Origin: Eledone cirrhosa
Taxonomy: Eukaryota
NCBI GenBank assembly: GCA_964016885.1
Contig: OZ024742.1
Coordinates: 209,188,001-209,252,000, forward strand
Reading direction: 5' to 3'
DNA length: 64,000 nt
Shown here: positions 12,933-25,750 of the stretch, in pieces
Numbering within the stretch: position 1 is the stretch's first letter
How the letters are laid out: each line of letters opens with the position of its first letter
The notes under the pieces: generated by a model
Seen by the model: only the letters and a program-made list of their open reading frames with translations
Told to the model about the DNA's origin: nothing
Databases searched by the model: none
Translations under genes and position numbers: made by a program

Positions 12933-13026
12933 ACCCCTTGATAAGCTCGGCTATTTAAATACCAGAATAAATTTTCATTCAGTCCAGAATTAGCCGTCGA
13001 AACGGCTTGAGCTCAGCCGTCGGGGT
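12933..13026 (+). ncRNA. Type-I hammerhead ribozyme, U3-A8 core variant, in PLE pLTR
   Basis: acccc TTGATAA gctcggcta..tagccgtc GAAA cggct-tgagctc-agccg TC ggggt. Confidence 0.82.
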
Positions 13027-13117
13027 GTTACTTGTTCCTATTACCCACTCTACTACCCTAAGTATTGAGTACTTTGGTGCGTTATGGTCCACCTGGTTCC
13101 TTACCACTTTTCCTTCG

Positions 13118-13157
<40 letters not shown>

Positions 13158-13161
<4 letters not shown>

Positions 13162-13475
13162 AGTAATTAGATATACGCATTTAGCGAGGGTTTTTCTGAA
13201 CAATCTAATTACGCTATTTTAAAAAAAAAACATATGAAAAGTTTAAATTAACTGGCCTTATTATTTATTTGTTTATTTTTATATTTCCCAATAACTTTAC
13301 ATCCTAGAAAACTTTGAGATTTTGAATCACATACTCGTTTAGAATAGATCGGATACGGTCATTCTTACGAGTATAATTGACCGTATCCGTCATATAACAT
13401 TTTATACATCTAATACTGTATTTTGTCTGAAGAGGGCATGCTATAATTTAGCATCCCAGTAATATATATAATGAA
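13158..13475 (+). repeat. 3' pLTR of the old PLE that starts at 595, with a degenerate HHR (13423-13474)
   Basis: Inverted match to 160-470; CTGAAGA core present, GAAA mutated to GTAA. Confidence 0.7.
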
Positions 13476-13639
13476 ATAAATAATGATGTTATAGTGTTAT
13501 ATCTTCCGTTTATTACTATTATCATTATATATATATGAACTAGTTTTTTTTTCTAAAGTTCTGATTTTTCTATGTACCATATCGTAAAGCAGTACCTCGT
13601 TGATGTATATACGCGTACATATTTATTTCAGCATGATCA

Positions 13640-14070
13640 ACTGAGTCAGTCGTGAGTTATTGCTGTTTATGTACAGACGTGTTTATAACTTCTGTTATGC
13701 ATGCGATGCAGGAAAAAAGTAGAACAACGGTATGGGATCAAATTTTGTATAAAACTCAATAAAACTGCCACAGAAACATTTGATTTTTTTAACAAAATCT
13801 TATGGAGATGCCAGTCCATCGAGAAGTAAACTTTGAGGATGAAAGATCACCGGTTAAGTTTTAGAATCATTGCAGAAGAAACGGGTTTGGATTAAATATA
13901 GTTTACAGAAATTTAACAGCTCCTTTGCAGATACTAAAAAATTGTGCACAACTAGTGCTTAAACGCGCTCTCTGGAAGGAAAAGCGAACCGGTTGGAAAT
14001 TTGTTAGAACTAGCAAAAAAAACTCGAAATTGACACAAATCCTTTGGATAAATTAGTAACTCCTAGTGGT
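13640..14070 (+). mobile_element. Degenerate mariner transposase remnant
   Basis: EQRYGIKFCIKLNKTATETF N-terminal motif and a degenerate WVP-like region. Confidence 0.6.
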
Positions 14071-14189
14071 TTATTTAAATGTATATTGTAATTTCATGTA
14101 CGTTTAATATATATTTAAATAAAATAGCATGAGGTTTACCTTTGGGAGAAAACTCGTATGTGTATGTATGTATGTATTTATGCATGTAT

Positions 14190-14642
14190 GTTCTTCTGGT
14201 TTTATAATTTCACAAATTTTTTCACAATAAAGAGAGAGTTGGTTTCTAACATAGACACGAGACTCTCTCATTGGAATTTACACAACATCAACTAGGTAGA
14301 TTATGTATGCATGCATGTGTAGATATGGATGTTTTTGTATGTGTGGATGTGTATGTTTTGAGTTGTATGTGTGCATGTGTATATGCTTTGCATCTGTACA
14401 TGTGTATATGCAGTTATTAGATGCAACATTTTTGGAATGTTTTACATATTTTTACAGTTCCATTAATGGATTGTACTTGTAATTTCCTAACTAGTTGTGT
14501 TCTTTCTGTTCCTGTGAAGCCTAGCTTCTCGAGATTTGCATTGAGGTAGTTACTAACATACCCCAGTGCCCCAATAATCACAGGCATAAATCTGAAGATG
14601 TAGTCAGGTTGGATTATCTGCAGATTTCTCATCAGTTCTGCA
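14190..14642 (-). mobile_element. 3' end of an RLE-type (R4/Dong-like) LINE, in (CATA)n
   Basis: YAELMRNLQ..FMPVIIGALG..GTVKICKTF; duplicate of 15293-15745. Confidence 0.75.
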
Positions 14643-14666
14643 TATGTATGTATGTATGTATGTATG

Positions 14667-15272
14667 TCAGGTCACCAGTTGGTGCTACTGGTAACATGTA
14701 TCCCAGTACAACCTGTCCCATGGTCGGGTCGTTGGCGACTAAACTGGCAACCCCACCAAGGTTTCTTGGTGAGGAGGGTGACTTTGGACATCCTGCAGGA
14801 CTAAAAACAAAACCTGTCAAAGGGCAAAGGAGCTCTTAAGAGTCAATGGCCATCCAAAATCACCGGGAGAGATGACCCCTTAGCCTTTGTCAAGGCAGAA
14901 TTCTAGAAGGAAAACTCTGATATAACACCTGCAACCCTGATGGTATCCAATGATGTTGACTTGTTCTTCTTTTTGGTAAATATCATCTTGGTTAAGAGAG
15001 TGGGACTGGCTTTGTGCAGTGCCTTTGCTCACTATAAAAGCTTCACGGCACAGGCATTGCTTTATATCTGGAGATCTCTCTGCACTTGTCGTCACATGGT
15101 ACCATGGGCCCAGCACTATGTGTCAGTAATTGTCACAAGTGTAGTGTTTGTACCAGAGTTTTCAAGTCGCTGGCTGGACTAAAAAGTCACACGCGTTCAG
15201 CGCATCGGTAGGGGTTCTCCTACATGGATATAAAGTAGTGGCCGTACTCGAAAACGAGTTGGCAGCCACCAT
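14667..15272. repeat. ~600-bp interspersed repeat between (TATG)n tracts
   Basis: Highly similar inverted copy at 44968-45564. Confidence 0.8.
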
Positions 15273-15292
15273 GTATGTATGTATGTATGTAT

Positions 15293-16690
15293 GTTCTTCT
15301 GGTTTTATAATTTCACAAATGTTTGCCAATAGAGAGAGAGTCGGTTTCTAACAGTTACAAGACTCTCTCATTGGAATTTACACAAAATCAATTAGGTAGT
15401 TATGAATGCATGTTTGCATGAATGCATGTGTGTGCAGGTATGTATGTTATTGTATGTGAGGATGTGGAGGTTTTGAGTTGTATGTGTTCATGTGCATATG
15501 CTTTGAATTTATACAAGTGTATATGCAGTTATTAGATGCAGACATTTTGGAATGTTTTATGTATTATTACTGTTCCATTAATGGATTGCACTTGTAATTT
15601 CCTAACTAGTCGAGTTCTTTCTGTTTCTGTGAAGCCCAGCTTCTCAAGATTTGTACTGAGGCAGTTACTAACATACCACAGTGTCCCAATAATCACAGGC
15701 ATAAATCTGAATGTATAGTCAGGCTGGAGTATCTGCAGATTTATCATTACTTCTGCATAGATTTGATGTTATATTGACATCTGCTGGGCAGTTAACTTCC
15801 ACTACTTTGCATGCCTTCATTTCCTTGTCCCATATAATTATATCTGGTCTGTTATGCCTACATTTTATTGGGATTTTGACTGGAAAATTCCACCAGTACT
15901 CTTTCATATTATGTATGTGTATGTCTTCCACATTGCCGTGGCTTTTAATGTGTTTGTTATCCGGACTATCTTTTCTACGGATTGCATTGTACAGTGTTTA
16001 GGTCACTACATCATGCCTCATAGATAGATAGTACCGCGATGAAATCTTTGGACATCTGCTTATGACATGGGTTACATCTTCGATGTTAATTCTGCAGAGT
16101 CTGCACTTGTTATCACATCTGGGTGTTTTGCCTGCGTCCCTATCTCTTTTGTGAATCAGGTATGTCGTGTTGATTTCCTGTTCTTGGATTGTAAAAGCGT
16201 ATCCTTCAAAGTTGGAAACAATATAGCGGTTGTTGTTCCAAGATAGACTACTTTGTTTATCTATATTACTCTCACTCTGGAGCTTCCTGGCAACATATAC
16301 ATACACGATTCTTTTGCTCATAAGCATGCAGCTTTTCATCTATGGATTCACTGCGGTACTGCTGGGCAACTTAGCTGGGCGTGAGGTTTTGATTATCACA
16401 CAGGGAATATCTTTCAAGGAGTTCCTTCCCAGCTCTCATGATCTTATCTGTCTCATGCAGATAGACTTGCTCGATAGACAAGCTCCTACGCTTGGAGGTT
16501 CGTAAATCTTGTCGGAGGGATATGATGCGACATTCAAATACAGTCAGGCCTGATGTTAGGCCGCTGCCTCCCTGCTTACGTTTCAAGTTTAGGCGGTCTA
16601 TGTTACTGTTAATATGGAAGTTTCCGGTGTTGTTGAGTATTTTTCGTGTCCTAACATCAATTGCTCGGAATTCGTCTATCGTCCATGTAT
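15293..16690 (-). mobile_element. 5'-truncated RLE-type (R4/Dong-like) LINE, degenerate
   Basis: RKQGGSGL, QEQEINT, CRLC..E..H.ISRC zinc knuckle, RHDVV, RPDIII.D..VVEV endonuclease motif; flanked by (TATG)n. Confidence 0.85.
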
Positions 16691-18064
16691 GTATTTGTGT
16701 ATTATGTATGTATCTGTGCATGTACACATGTATATGTGTATTGTCTATTAATGAACAAATTTAGAGAATACTATAGAGGTTTAAAAAAAAATTGAAACAC
16801 GGCAGGCCAGTAGTTATCAACGAATAGCTAGCTATATTTAACTCTACTTCCAAATATTACGCATATTATTTAGTGTGGTAACATTATATTTATTCATTAG
16901 AAGAAACACATTGGACTGCATTAAACACACACCCTCAGTTGTTGCCTTTTAGTTTATAAATAGAAACAAAAATCTGTAACTGAACGAAGAGGCCAGTGCG
17001 TTTTGTTTATTTTGTTTACAAAAAGCAATTAACTACTCCGACATTTTGCTATATAGGCGTTCTAAAGATGAACATTTGTATATATTTACAAATTTGCGTA
17101 ACGTTGGTTCCTTTGTTAAATGTTAAGTAATACTGCAAAGTAATCAAAGAATTGTATAGTTTATCATAGTTTAAATGAAATGCAAACATTAGATGTAATG
17201 TGTTATAGAAATTATTAAAATTAATAACAACGCTTTATAATGAAAATTATTCATTATGATATTTGAACAATTGTTGGTGATACACTATAGGAAAATAGTT
17301 GTATCTTTAGACTATCCTTACTCTACCTAACTTTGTATATGTAATCTAAGCAGGATATATTTTACCAGCAAATAATATTAAGCTCATGTACGAGGGTCGG
17401 CTGAAAGGTTAATTAGGCTGACCAAGATACTCTTATGGAATGAACAAACAAATTAACTTGTAATTTCACGGTCGTTTAATATACATTTAAATAAAACATC
17501 AGAAATGTTACCTTTGGAAGCGAAAGCCTATATAATAATATCATAATTGAAAAGAAGAAATGTACAGGAATGAGTTCTAATCAACTAAATGGCTTTTCTA
17601 TATATTGTTTTTAAATACGCAATATCTGAAGGCAACTTCAATTTAAATTAACATTTATAACATATTGTATAGATATAGGAACCCGTAACACTTAGTGGAG
17701 TCTAGGGCCGCCGTAGAGAAATACGCCGTTTCTTGGACATATTTATATCATATTAGAGCGAAGCTCCTCTTTAGCTGACACTACATGCACATAAAAATTG
17801 TCGACATTTTAATTGCAATATTCCATCTTTTATATGAATTTTATAGTATATTTAAAAACTAATTGAACATATTTACAAATACTAAACGGATGAACTGAAA
17901 ACTATCTCTAGTGAGCTTATACGGTTATAAATATAAGCGCATATATGTACACACGTATATATATTTATATAAATTTATTTATTAAAATGAGATTCATACA
18001 GAACTACTTTAGTCTCTTAAAAAATTAATGTATACTCTCCACTTATATATTAAAATGTTTTTTG

Positions 18065-18169
<105 letters not shown>

Positions 18170-18221
18170 TATTTATATATATATATATTTATATATATAT
18201 ATATTTATATATATATATATT

Positions 18222-18398
<177 letters not shown>

Positions 18399-18436
18399 CT
18401 GGTGACTGGAGTCAAATAACAACAAAGCATCTTCAA

Positions 18437-19312
18437 AATAACGAGGTGCATCAGAAAAAAGTAACACGACTTGGCGTGTTGTGTGAGCTTTGAATGGAAT
18501 AGGGATTGACGGTCCGTGTCACCGTGTGCGGTAATGTGCCGCAGTATATAACTGCGATCTCAGTCATCTGTAGCGATTGTGTGTTCTTCTTTTCCATGTG
18601 CTTTTGTTAACAGCTCCTTAACTTTAGGCCATCGAGCGATGGGCACAGAGCAACGAATCAACCTAAAGTTTATGATGCAGCTGGAGAAAACTCCTCCAGA
18701 AGCACTCGGAATACTGCAATAAGTGCGTGGAGATGTGATGATTTCGCGCTCACGGATGTTTTAGTGGTACAAATACAGGAGTGGATTGTTTTCAACGAGC
18801 AGGACTGCGGCCAACGTTGAGCGCGTGAGACAAGTGATTCGTGGTGATCATTGGTTGACTGTTCGATTGATTTCAATTGAGCTGGGTATGAACTGCGACA
18901 GCATTTAGAAGATTATCACTGAAGAGTTGGGCATGCGGAAGATCTGCCCAAAGATGGTGCCGAAGCTGATGAACGATGACCAGAATGATCTGGGCATGCA
19001 TGTGTGTCAGGACATCGTCGAGCGGCTTGAAAACAAACCAAATTTGTTGGGGCGAGTCATTATAGGTGATGAGTCATGTATCGTCAAGTAGGATCCGTTT
19101 TCCGGAAGTGGAAGCCAACAAGAAGGTTGTGACGACGGAGCTGCGGAGAATTCCGGGAAAATATTTACATGTATGCATGGAAGCCTGGCGGAGAAGGATG
19201 AGAAAGTGCGTTAGAGTCGATGGGAATTATTTCGAAGGGGAAAACTTGTAGTTTGTTGTTTGAATTAGAAATATTTTTTGCAACGCGTCTTGTGTTTTTT
19301 CTGACACGCCTC
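18437..19312 (+). mobile_element. Internally deleted mariner element
   Basis: Termini acgaggtgcatcagaaaaaa / tttttctgacacgcctc; EQRINLKF, RKICPKMVPKL, IIGDES, C-terminal GNYFEG. Confidence 0.8.
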
Positions 19313-20344
19313 ATCTATCACTGAATTTCTCTTTTAATAGGAAAACACTAAAGCATGAAATCCTACAAATATACCAAGCTAGAAGAAATCAATAACAAGT
19401 TCAACAAGTAAGAAAAGCAATTGCTCTTGAAATTCGTTCGAACAGTGGGCTTTTAACACGCCGAAGTATCTAATTAAACGGAATTTGACGTTTGATTGTC
19501 ATTGTAAACAAAAGAATCGAACGAACTGCCAAAGTTACAATAAATTAGAATAGGAATAAATAACATACATAATTGAATAAACGATATGAAATGCGATACA
19601 GTTATTAACACAAATGATTATATTATAAGATGAAATTCATTCTACGTTAGCAAATACGTTTTGTTGTTATTGTTGATGTTTTCTAAATTTTCAGAGAAAA
19701 TTACTTGAAATTAAATTTCCCCTTTCTGACTTCTCAAAATAGAGTGCTGCTAAAAGCACCCATAAAAAATATAACATATAACCACTTTATCATTTAAAGC
19801 TGATGTTAATAGCAAAAGCATTTATGAAAAAATATCATTGCTGACAAATTAAAATGTGGAATAGAAAATCTAAAACAAAATGCATTAATTATCAATTAAA
19901 ATCTTTTCACGTTCTTTATAATGTGTTTCTACGCATATTTCTGTATAAAGTATTGAATTTTTTTAACTAGTTAGGAATGTATAAATTTGACAACCTTTCG
20001 CAAGTACAAATAGCTATGCGTATTGCGCGATATGAATTATTGGCACACGCACAGGAAATATGCTTTGTGAACCCATTTAGCCATTGTTACTGCATTCTAC
20101 TAGAGATCTATAGTAATTATTTTGCCACGTTTCCTTGCATTAAAATGTGAAACCTTGTATTTACTAGAAGATAAGATTTGGTTGATTTACTACGCGATAG
20201 AAAGGATGCACAGTTTAAGTCAAAAGTGATATGGGAAGCTGAAGCGTTCAAGTTAATTTACTTTACTTGATATCGAAATCTGGTTTCGAAAGAGATTCGG
20301 TTTTGCTTTACTATATGAACTGCATGTACAGTTAGTTTGATGGG

Positions 20345-21700
20345 GTTAGGATAGGAGCGTCCACGCCACGGCCCTGAGAATATTGATAAGATCCACAAGA
20401 TTGACACCACCATAAAAACAGTTATGAGCTACAAAACAGCAAAAGGCGACGCTGAAAGCTACAAGCCACAAGCTACAAGCTTCAAGACTGGCATTGATAG
20501 TCATATCTGCGAATGATGAAGGGCTCTCTTCTGCAAAACAAAACAGCTTAGCCGACCTATGCAGCAAACTGTGACGTTTTCTGCTTGCAAGAAACACACA
20601 GAGGGAGTGAAAACAACCGTTGCATCCTACCTGGTATGGTCCTCGCCAGTGAGCAACGGCATCGACAGTTGCAACGTGGCTATAACCCAGATCTCACTAT
20701 GGTCACAAGCAGCATCGCTGCACTGTGTAAAAGGATTATTCCATCAAGCCAACATCGTCCAATTCGAATCCAAATCAATGTAGCTGTATTTCCAGCCATC
20801 GTGCCTTTTAAAAGGCGCTTCAACTACAAGAAAGCAGACTGGAAAGGTTTTACCAACGAGCTGGAATAGAAGATCAAACATATAATACCAACAAGCAATA
20901 ACTACAACCTCTTTGCTAACCTGGTGCTGAAAACTGCTCGGAAACAAATCCCACGAGGCTGTAAAGTTGAATATATACCTGAACCTTCAAACGAATGTAC
21001 AGGATTCTCTGCCAACTATATCATTATGCTTCAGGTACAACCTTTCTCAGAAAAGACAACTGCCCAAGGCAAGAAGGTGATGGAAAACATTGGCCAAGAT
21101 CGAAACAACGCCTGGAATTCTCCTATTGAGTCTATGGACTCACAAAACATGAAGAATACATGGACACTTATTAACAAGCTATCTGGTGATCCTAAAGCAT
21201 CCACTCAGCACCCAATAGTCACTGCCGACCAAGTGGCGAACCAATTGCTAGAGAATAGAAATAGTGGAAAGAGAGGGATGAAGATCAAACTAAACCGCAA
21301 GAAATACGCTGCGGACCCCGCTTTTACAAGACCGTTTATCATGAAGAGCTGGAAGCAGAAATCTCTACCCTCAAACCAGGGAAGACAATTGGACTGTATA
21401 ACGTCGCAACCGATCAGATCAATCACTTCGGTCACAAGGTAAAGATGTGGCTTCTACAGCTCTACAGAGTGCTTACCAACATACAAACTCCCCAACATCT
21501 GGAAGAAAGCTCACATTATAGCACTGCTGCAACCTGGGAAAGATCTATCCGCTCCTAAGAACTTTAGACCAATCTCACTTTTGAGTAACACCTACAAGAT
21601 CTTTCAACACCTGCTCCTCAACAGAATTGGCCCTTCCGTGGAAGAACACCACACCCCTGAACAAGCATGCTCCCGCCCTTGCAAGTCGACAACTACTCTG
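20345..21700 (+). mobile_element. Degenerate APE-type LINE (I/Ingi-like)
   Basis: ISANDEGL, LQETH, SQHRPI, FNYKKADW, IWKKAHIIAL..PGK, NFRPISLL. Confidence 0.75.
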
Positions 21701-22334
21701 GACACGATAAAAAGGAGTTAGTTTCATGAAAGTATAAGCCATTTCTGTATATAAACTATGGATGTAATTAAAAAGTATTCGCTTCAAACGTATTAGGAGA
21801 ACTTTTAGGAAATTGTCTCACTCAGAATCAAACATTTTTGTATGATAGGGACTGACATCACACGTTTTAACTCATCTGTTATCCAATGCTACCTCTTAAT
21901 AATATTGTTATACTATTATTCTTTTCTTGGTTCAGTGACTGAATTGAGACCCTTTCGAGATATCGCGTCAAGCAGTTTTAGTGGACCAATATAGTCCCCA
22001 GTACTCATTTCCGTCAAAAAGACATTCTAACGATCAATATTTATTGTATCACTAAATTACCATTTCTGAATCAACAGTACATTAATACCAGAAAATATTT
22101 ACCCAGACATACACGTCAACACACACGCACACACTTGCACACGTGTGTGCACACAAACGAACACATACCAAACATACACAAAGACAGACACACACACGAA
22201 TATATATATATATATAATTGGAGGCTTAGTAAAATCGAATCTTTGTCGGTGTGCAAGCAAATTCGACCTACGATATGAATGAGTTAGCAACATACGTTTA
22301 AATAGCTTGACAAATTGAACATTGTGGTAGGAAA

Positions 22335-22460
<126 letters not shown>

Positions 22461-22999
22461 TTGTGTACATATGGTCGTCTTAAATTGCAGAGATGACTAG
22501 ATGGTGATCAGTTGACAGCTCAGTCTCTCTTTAAACGAACATCCATTACAGAATCGAAGAGGTCAGAGACTTATTGAGCGCTCTCCCTGATTCCCACACC
22601 ATGTATATCTATAGATGTCTCTGTGCTGAAAGAAAGTGCTCATAATAGAGAGTCCATTGGTAGAACAGAAGTCTAATACGTCCTCTCCATTCGAATTTAG
22701 AATTGAATCGCCGTTCTTTCCAATTATCACTTTCCATGTCAGGTGGTCAGTGCCAACAGGAGCATTGAAGTCTCAGTCGTAACTACATATAACGCTTCAG
22801 TGACTTCATCAACGAAGGATCTGTATTCGAACTCTTTGTTTCGTGCATAAACTTGCACCAGCTAGAGAGACATTTTTCAGCCTAATTTTCAAAAGGTAAA
22901 ATCCTTCCTCCTCGTGGGATCGAGTTCATGAAGCATTCTGACATCCGGAGTTTTGAGAAATCCCAGCTTAATTAGGTAGATGTATCTTTTTCTTTTCCT

Positions 23000-23779
23000 C
23001 TTTGTCTTCTTCTTCCCCCTGTCTCATCCTATCACTTCCTTCCACCCCCTAATTTCATCCTCGTCTGCTTTTCTCCTTTCGCCTCCCCTGAGGCAGCCTA
23101 TCGGGCCTCTGTAACATCAGTTCCCACACGCCTGCAATTTTAAGATAGAATTGGCCGATTACATTTTACTAACTACATATAGCAGATGTGTTAAACCCCT
23201 TTAATTTTGTATCTGTTTTGTTACTACTCAATTTCTACAAGTTTTTTTCTATTCTCATCTTATTAAACTGTAATTGTAAGATAGCATTGTAATTTTTTTT
23301 ATTCATTTCTCACTATCTAATTTTATATATTTCTTTCTATTATCTTTTATTGTCTCCTACTCTCATTCGATTTACCTATTCTATAACCACCCTCCTCGAT
23401 TCATACACTATCCTTAGGATCTGCTGTATACATATCACTTTCAACGCTTGACCGCTGCACTCATTCTTCTATTGTTCTACAGGCAAGTTCAGGCACCCCT
23501 ACCTCCCACCAAATGCCATGATAGACTAATTTGTGTTTACAACACATTTTAACCAATCCTCTTGACAACTACAATCTTCCCATATAAGGAAGTACCCCTT
23601 GGCACGTTCGGCTATTTATTCACCAGGCTAAAAATTATAATTTAGTCCAGAAATAGCCGTCGAAACGGCTTGAGCTCTGCCGACGTTGTCATACTTTTTC
23701 CTATTCCCACTCTACTACCCTAAGTATTGAGTACTCTGGTGCGTTATGGTCCATCTGGTTCCTTACTCTAATTCCTTTG

Positions 23780-23781
<2 letters not shown>
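23000..23781 (+). mobile_element. Diverged 3' UTR/pLTR of the 8682-13118 PLE family, with degenerate HHR
   Basis: Same tail (ccactctactaccctaagtattgagtac..ggttccttac) running into (TA)n; GAAAcggcttgagctc present, 5' core degraded. Confidence 0.75.
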
Positions 23782-23864
<83 letters not shown>

Positions 23865-23881
23865 ACATGTACGTATACATA

Positions 23882-23929
<48 letters not shown>

Positions 23930-23933
<4 letters not shown>

Positions 23934-24476
23934 TATGTATACGTACATATATATATATGTATAAAGACGTACAGTAGTATGTATATATATACATACATGC
24001 ACACATATATATATATATATGTACGTATGCATTTACCGAACATTTATTATAATGCTCGGTTTGTTTGTAAACAAACACCCTCAATTAAGCCGTACAGTGT
24101 TTAGCAACCATCGTTGCCCTTTTGTTCAACACTGACAAAGGAACGATGTAATAGTTTCAAGCTTATTAGCTATCGTCAGCACCGTATACCTGCCTGCCAG
24201 TTGATTGAACGTCTGAAAGTATATACTTTCCTTATGCATATTAACGGCTGAGCAGCCTAATTTACATATCGAGTGAGTTAATCGGCCGGGCGCACTGAAA
24301 ACGATAAATGGAAAAAATGAAACGAAATTGCATTCCTCACTCTTAGTACGGCTGTTATTTAAATATAAGTATGTATACGTACATACATATATGTATACAG
24401 ACGTACAGTAGTATGTATATATATATACATTCACGCACATATGTATATATATATACATATATGCATACATGCACAT

Positions 24477-24480
<4 letters not shown>
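23930..24480 (-). repeat. ~440-bp HHR-containing non-coding unit (~1.2 copies)
   Basis: aagtatgtatacgtacata recurs at 23931 and 24368; homologous to 47198-47845; HHR at 24144-24184. Confidence 0.75.
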
Positions 24481-24520
<40 letters not shown>

Positions 24521-24521
<1 letters not shown>

Positions 24522-25750
24522 GACATAGAATATTCGAAAATATTCTGTATGTTTATAATAAACATTTTGAAGACCTAATCGCTATAGAATAGAATACGTC
24601 ACGTATTACAATTAGATTCTCGATAAAAGCAAGGGAAGTAATCTACGCGTTTCATTCTTGTTAGAAATCATCAGGACTACATATCCAGTGCTTTTATCGA
24701 GAATGACACAGCTAGAGACTTATAGAATACTTAGCTGTGTACAGGAACTGGTTTGAAAGAGCGGTTGCCGGTCCGGCAGAAATTAGAAATTGGAATAAAT
24801 GCTCTGAAATAGCGATATATATGTGAATATAGACATAGAATATTCGAAAATATTCTGTATGTTTATAATAAACATTTTGAAGACCTAATCGCTATAGAAT
24901 AGAATACGTCACGTATTACAATTAGATTCTCGATAAAAGCAAGGGAAGTAATCTACGCGTTTCATTCTTGTTAGAAATCATCAGGACTACATATCCAGTG
25001 CTTTTATCGAGAATGACACAGCTAGAGACTTATAGAATACTTAGCTGTGTACAGGAACTGGTTTGAAAGAGCGGTTGCCGGTCCGGCAGAAATTAGAAAT
25101 TGGAATAAATGCTCTGAAATAGCGATATATATGTGAATATAGACATAGAATATTCGAAAATATTCTGTATGTTTATAATAAACATTTTGAAGACCTAATC
25201 GCTATAGAATAGAATACGTCACGTATTACAATTAGATTCTCGATAAAAGCAAGGGAAGTAATCTACGCGTTTCATTCTTGTTAGAAATCATCAGGACTAC
25301 ATATCCAGTGCTTTTATCGAGAATGACACAGCTAGAGACTTATAGAATACTTAGCTGTGTACAGGAACTGGTTTGAAAGAGCGGTTGCCGGTCCGGCAGA
25401 AATTAGAAATTGGAATAAATGCTCTGAAATAGCGATATATATGTGAATATAGACATAGAATATTCGAAAATATTCTGTATGTTTATAATAAACATTTTGA
25501 AGACCTAATCGCTATAGAATAGAATACGTCACGTATTACAATTAGATTCTCGATAAAAGCAAGGGAAGTAATCTACGCGTTTCATTCTTGTTAGAAATCA
25601 TCAGGACTACATATCCAGTGCTTTTATCGAGAATGACACAGCTAGAGACTTATAGAATACTTAGCTGTGTACAGGAACTGGTTTGAAAGAGCGGTTGCCG
25701 GTCCGGCAGAAATTAGAAATTGGAATAAATGCTCTGAAATAGCGATATAT
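24521..25750 (-). repeat. Retrozyme-like 310-bp tandem array, left block (~4 units)
   Basis: agacatagaa at 24521, 24831, 25141, 25451; minus-strand HHRs at 24638, 24948, 25258, 25568. Confidence 0.95.

Larger units (their letters stand above)
8682..13118 (+). mobile_element. Young 5'-truncated Naiad-like PLE forming a ~4.4-kb inverted duplication in (TA)n
   Basis: 8682-10654 is the reverse complement of 10663-13040 (with an internal deletion); spacer gtaaggag; flanked by (TA)n. Confidence 0.92.

Noticed and set aside
14625-14645. CTGATGAGAAA on the minus strand as an HHR core
   Set aside because: No stems. It is LINE coding sequence (ELMRN).
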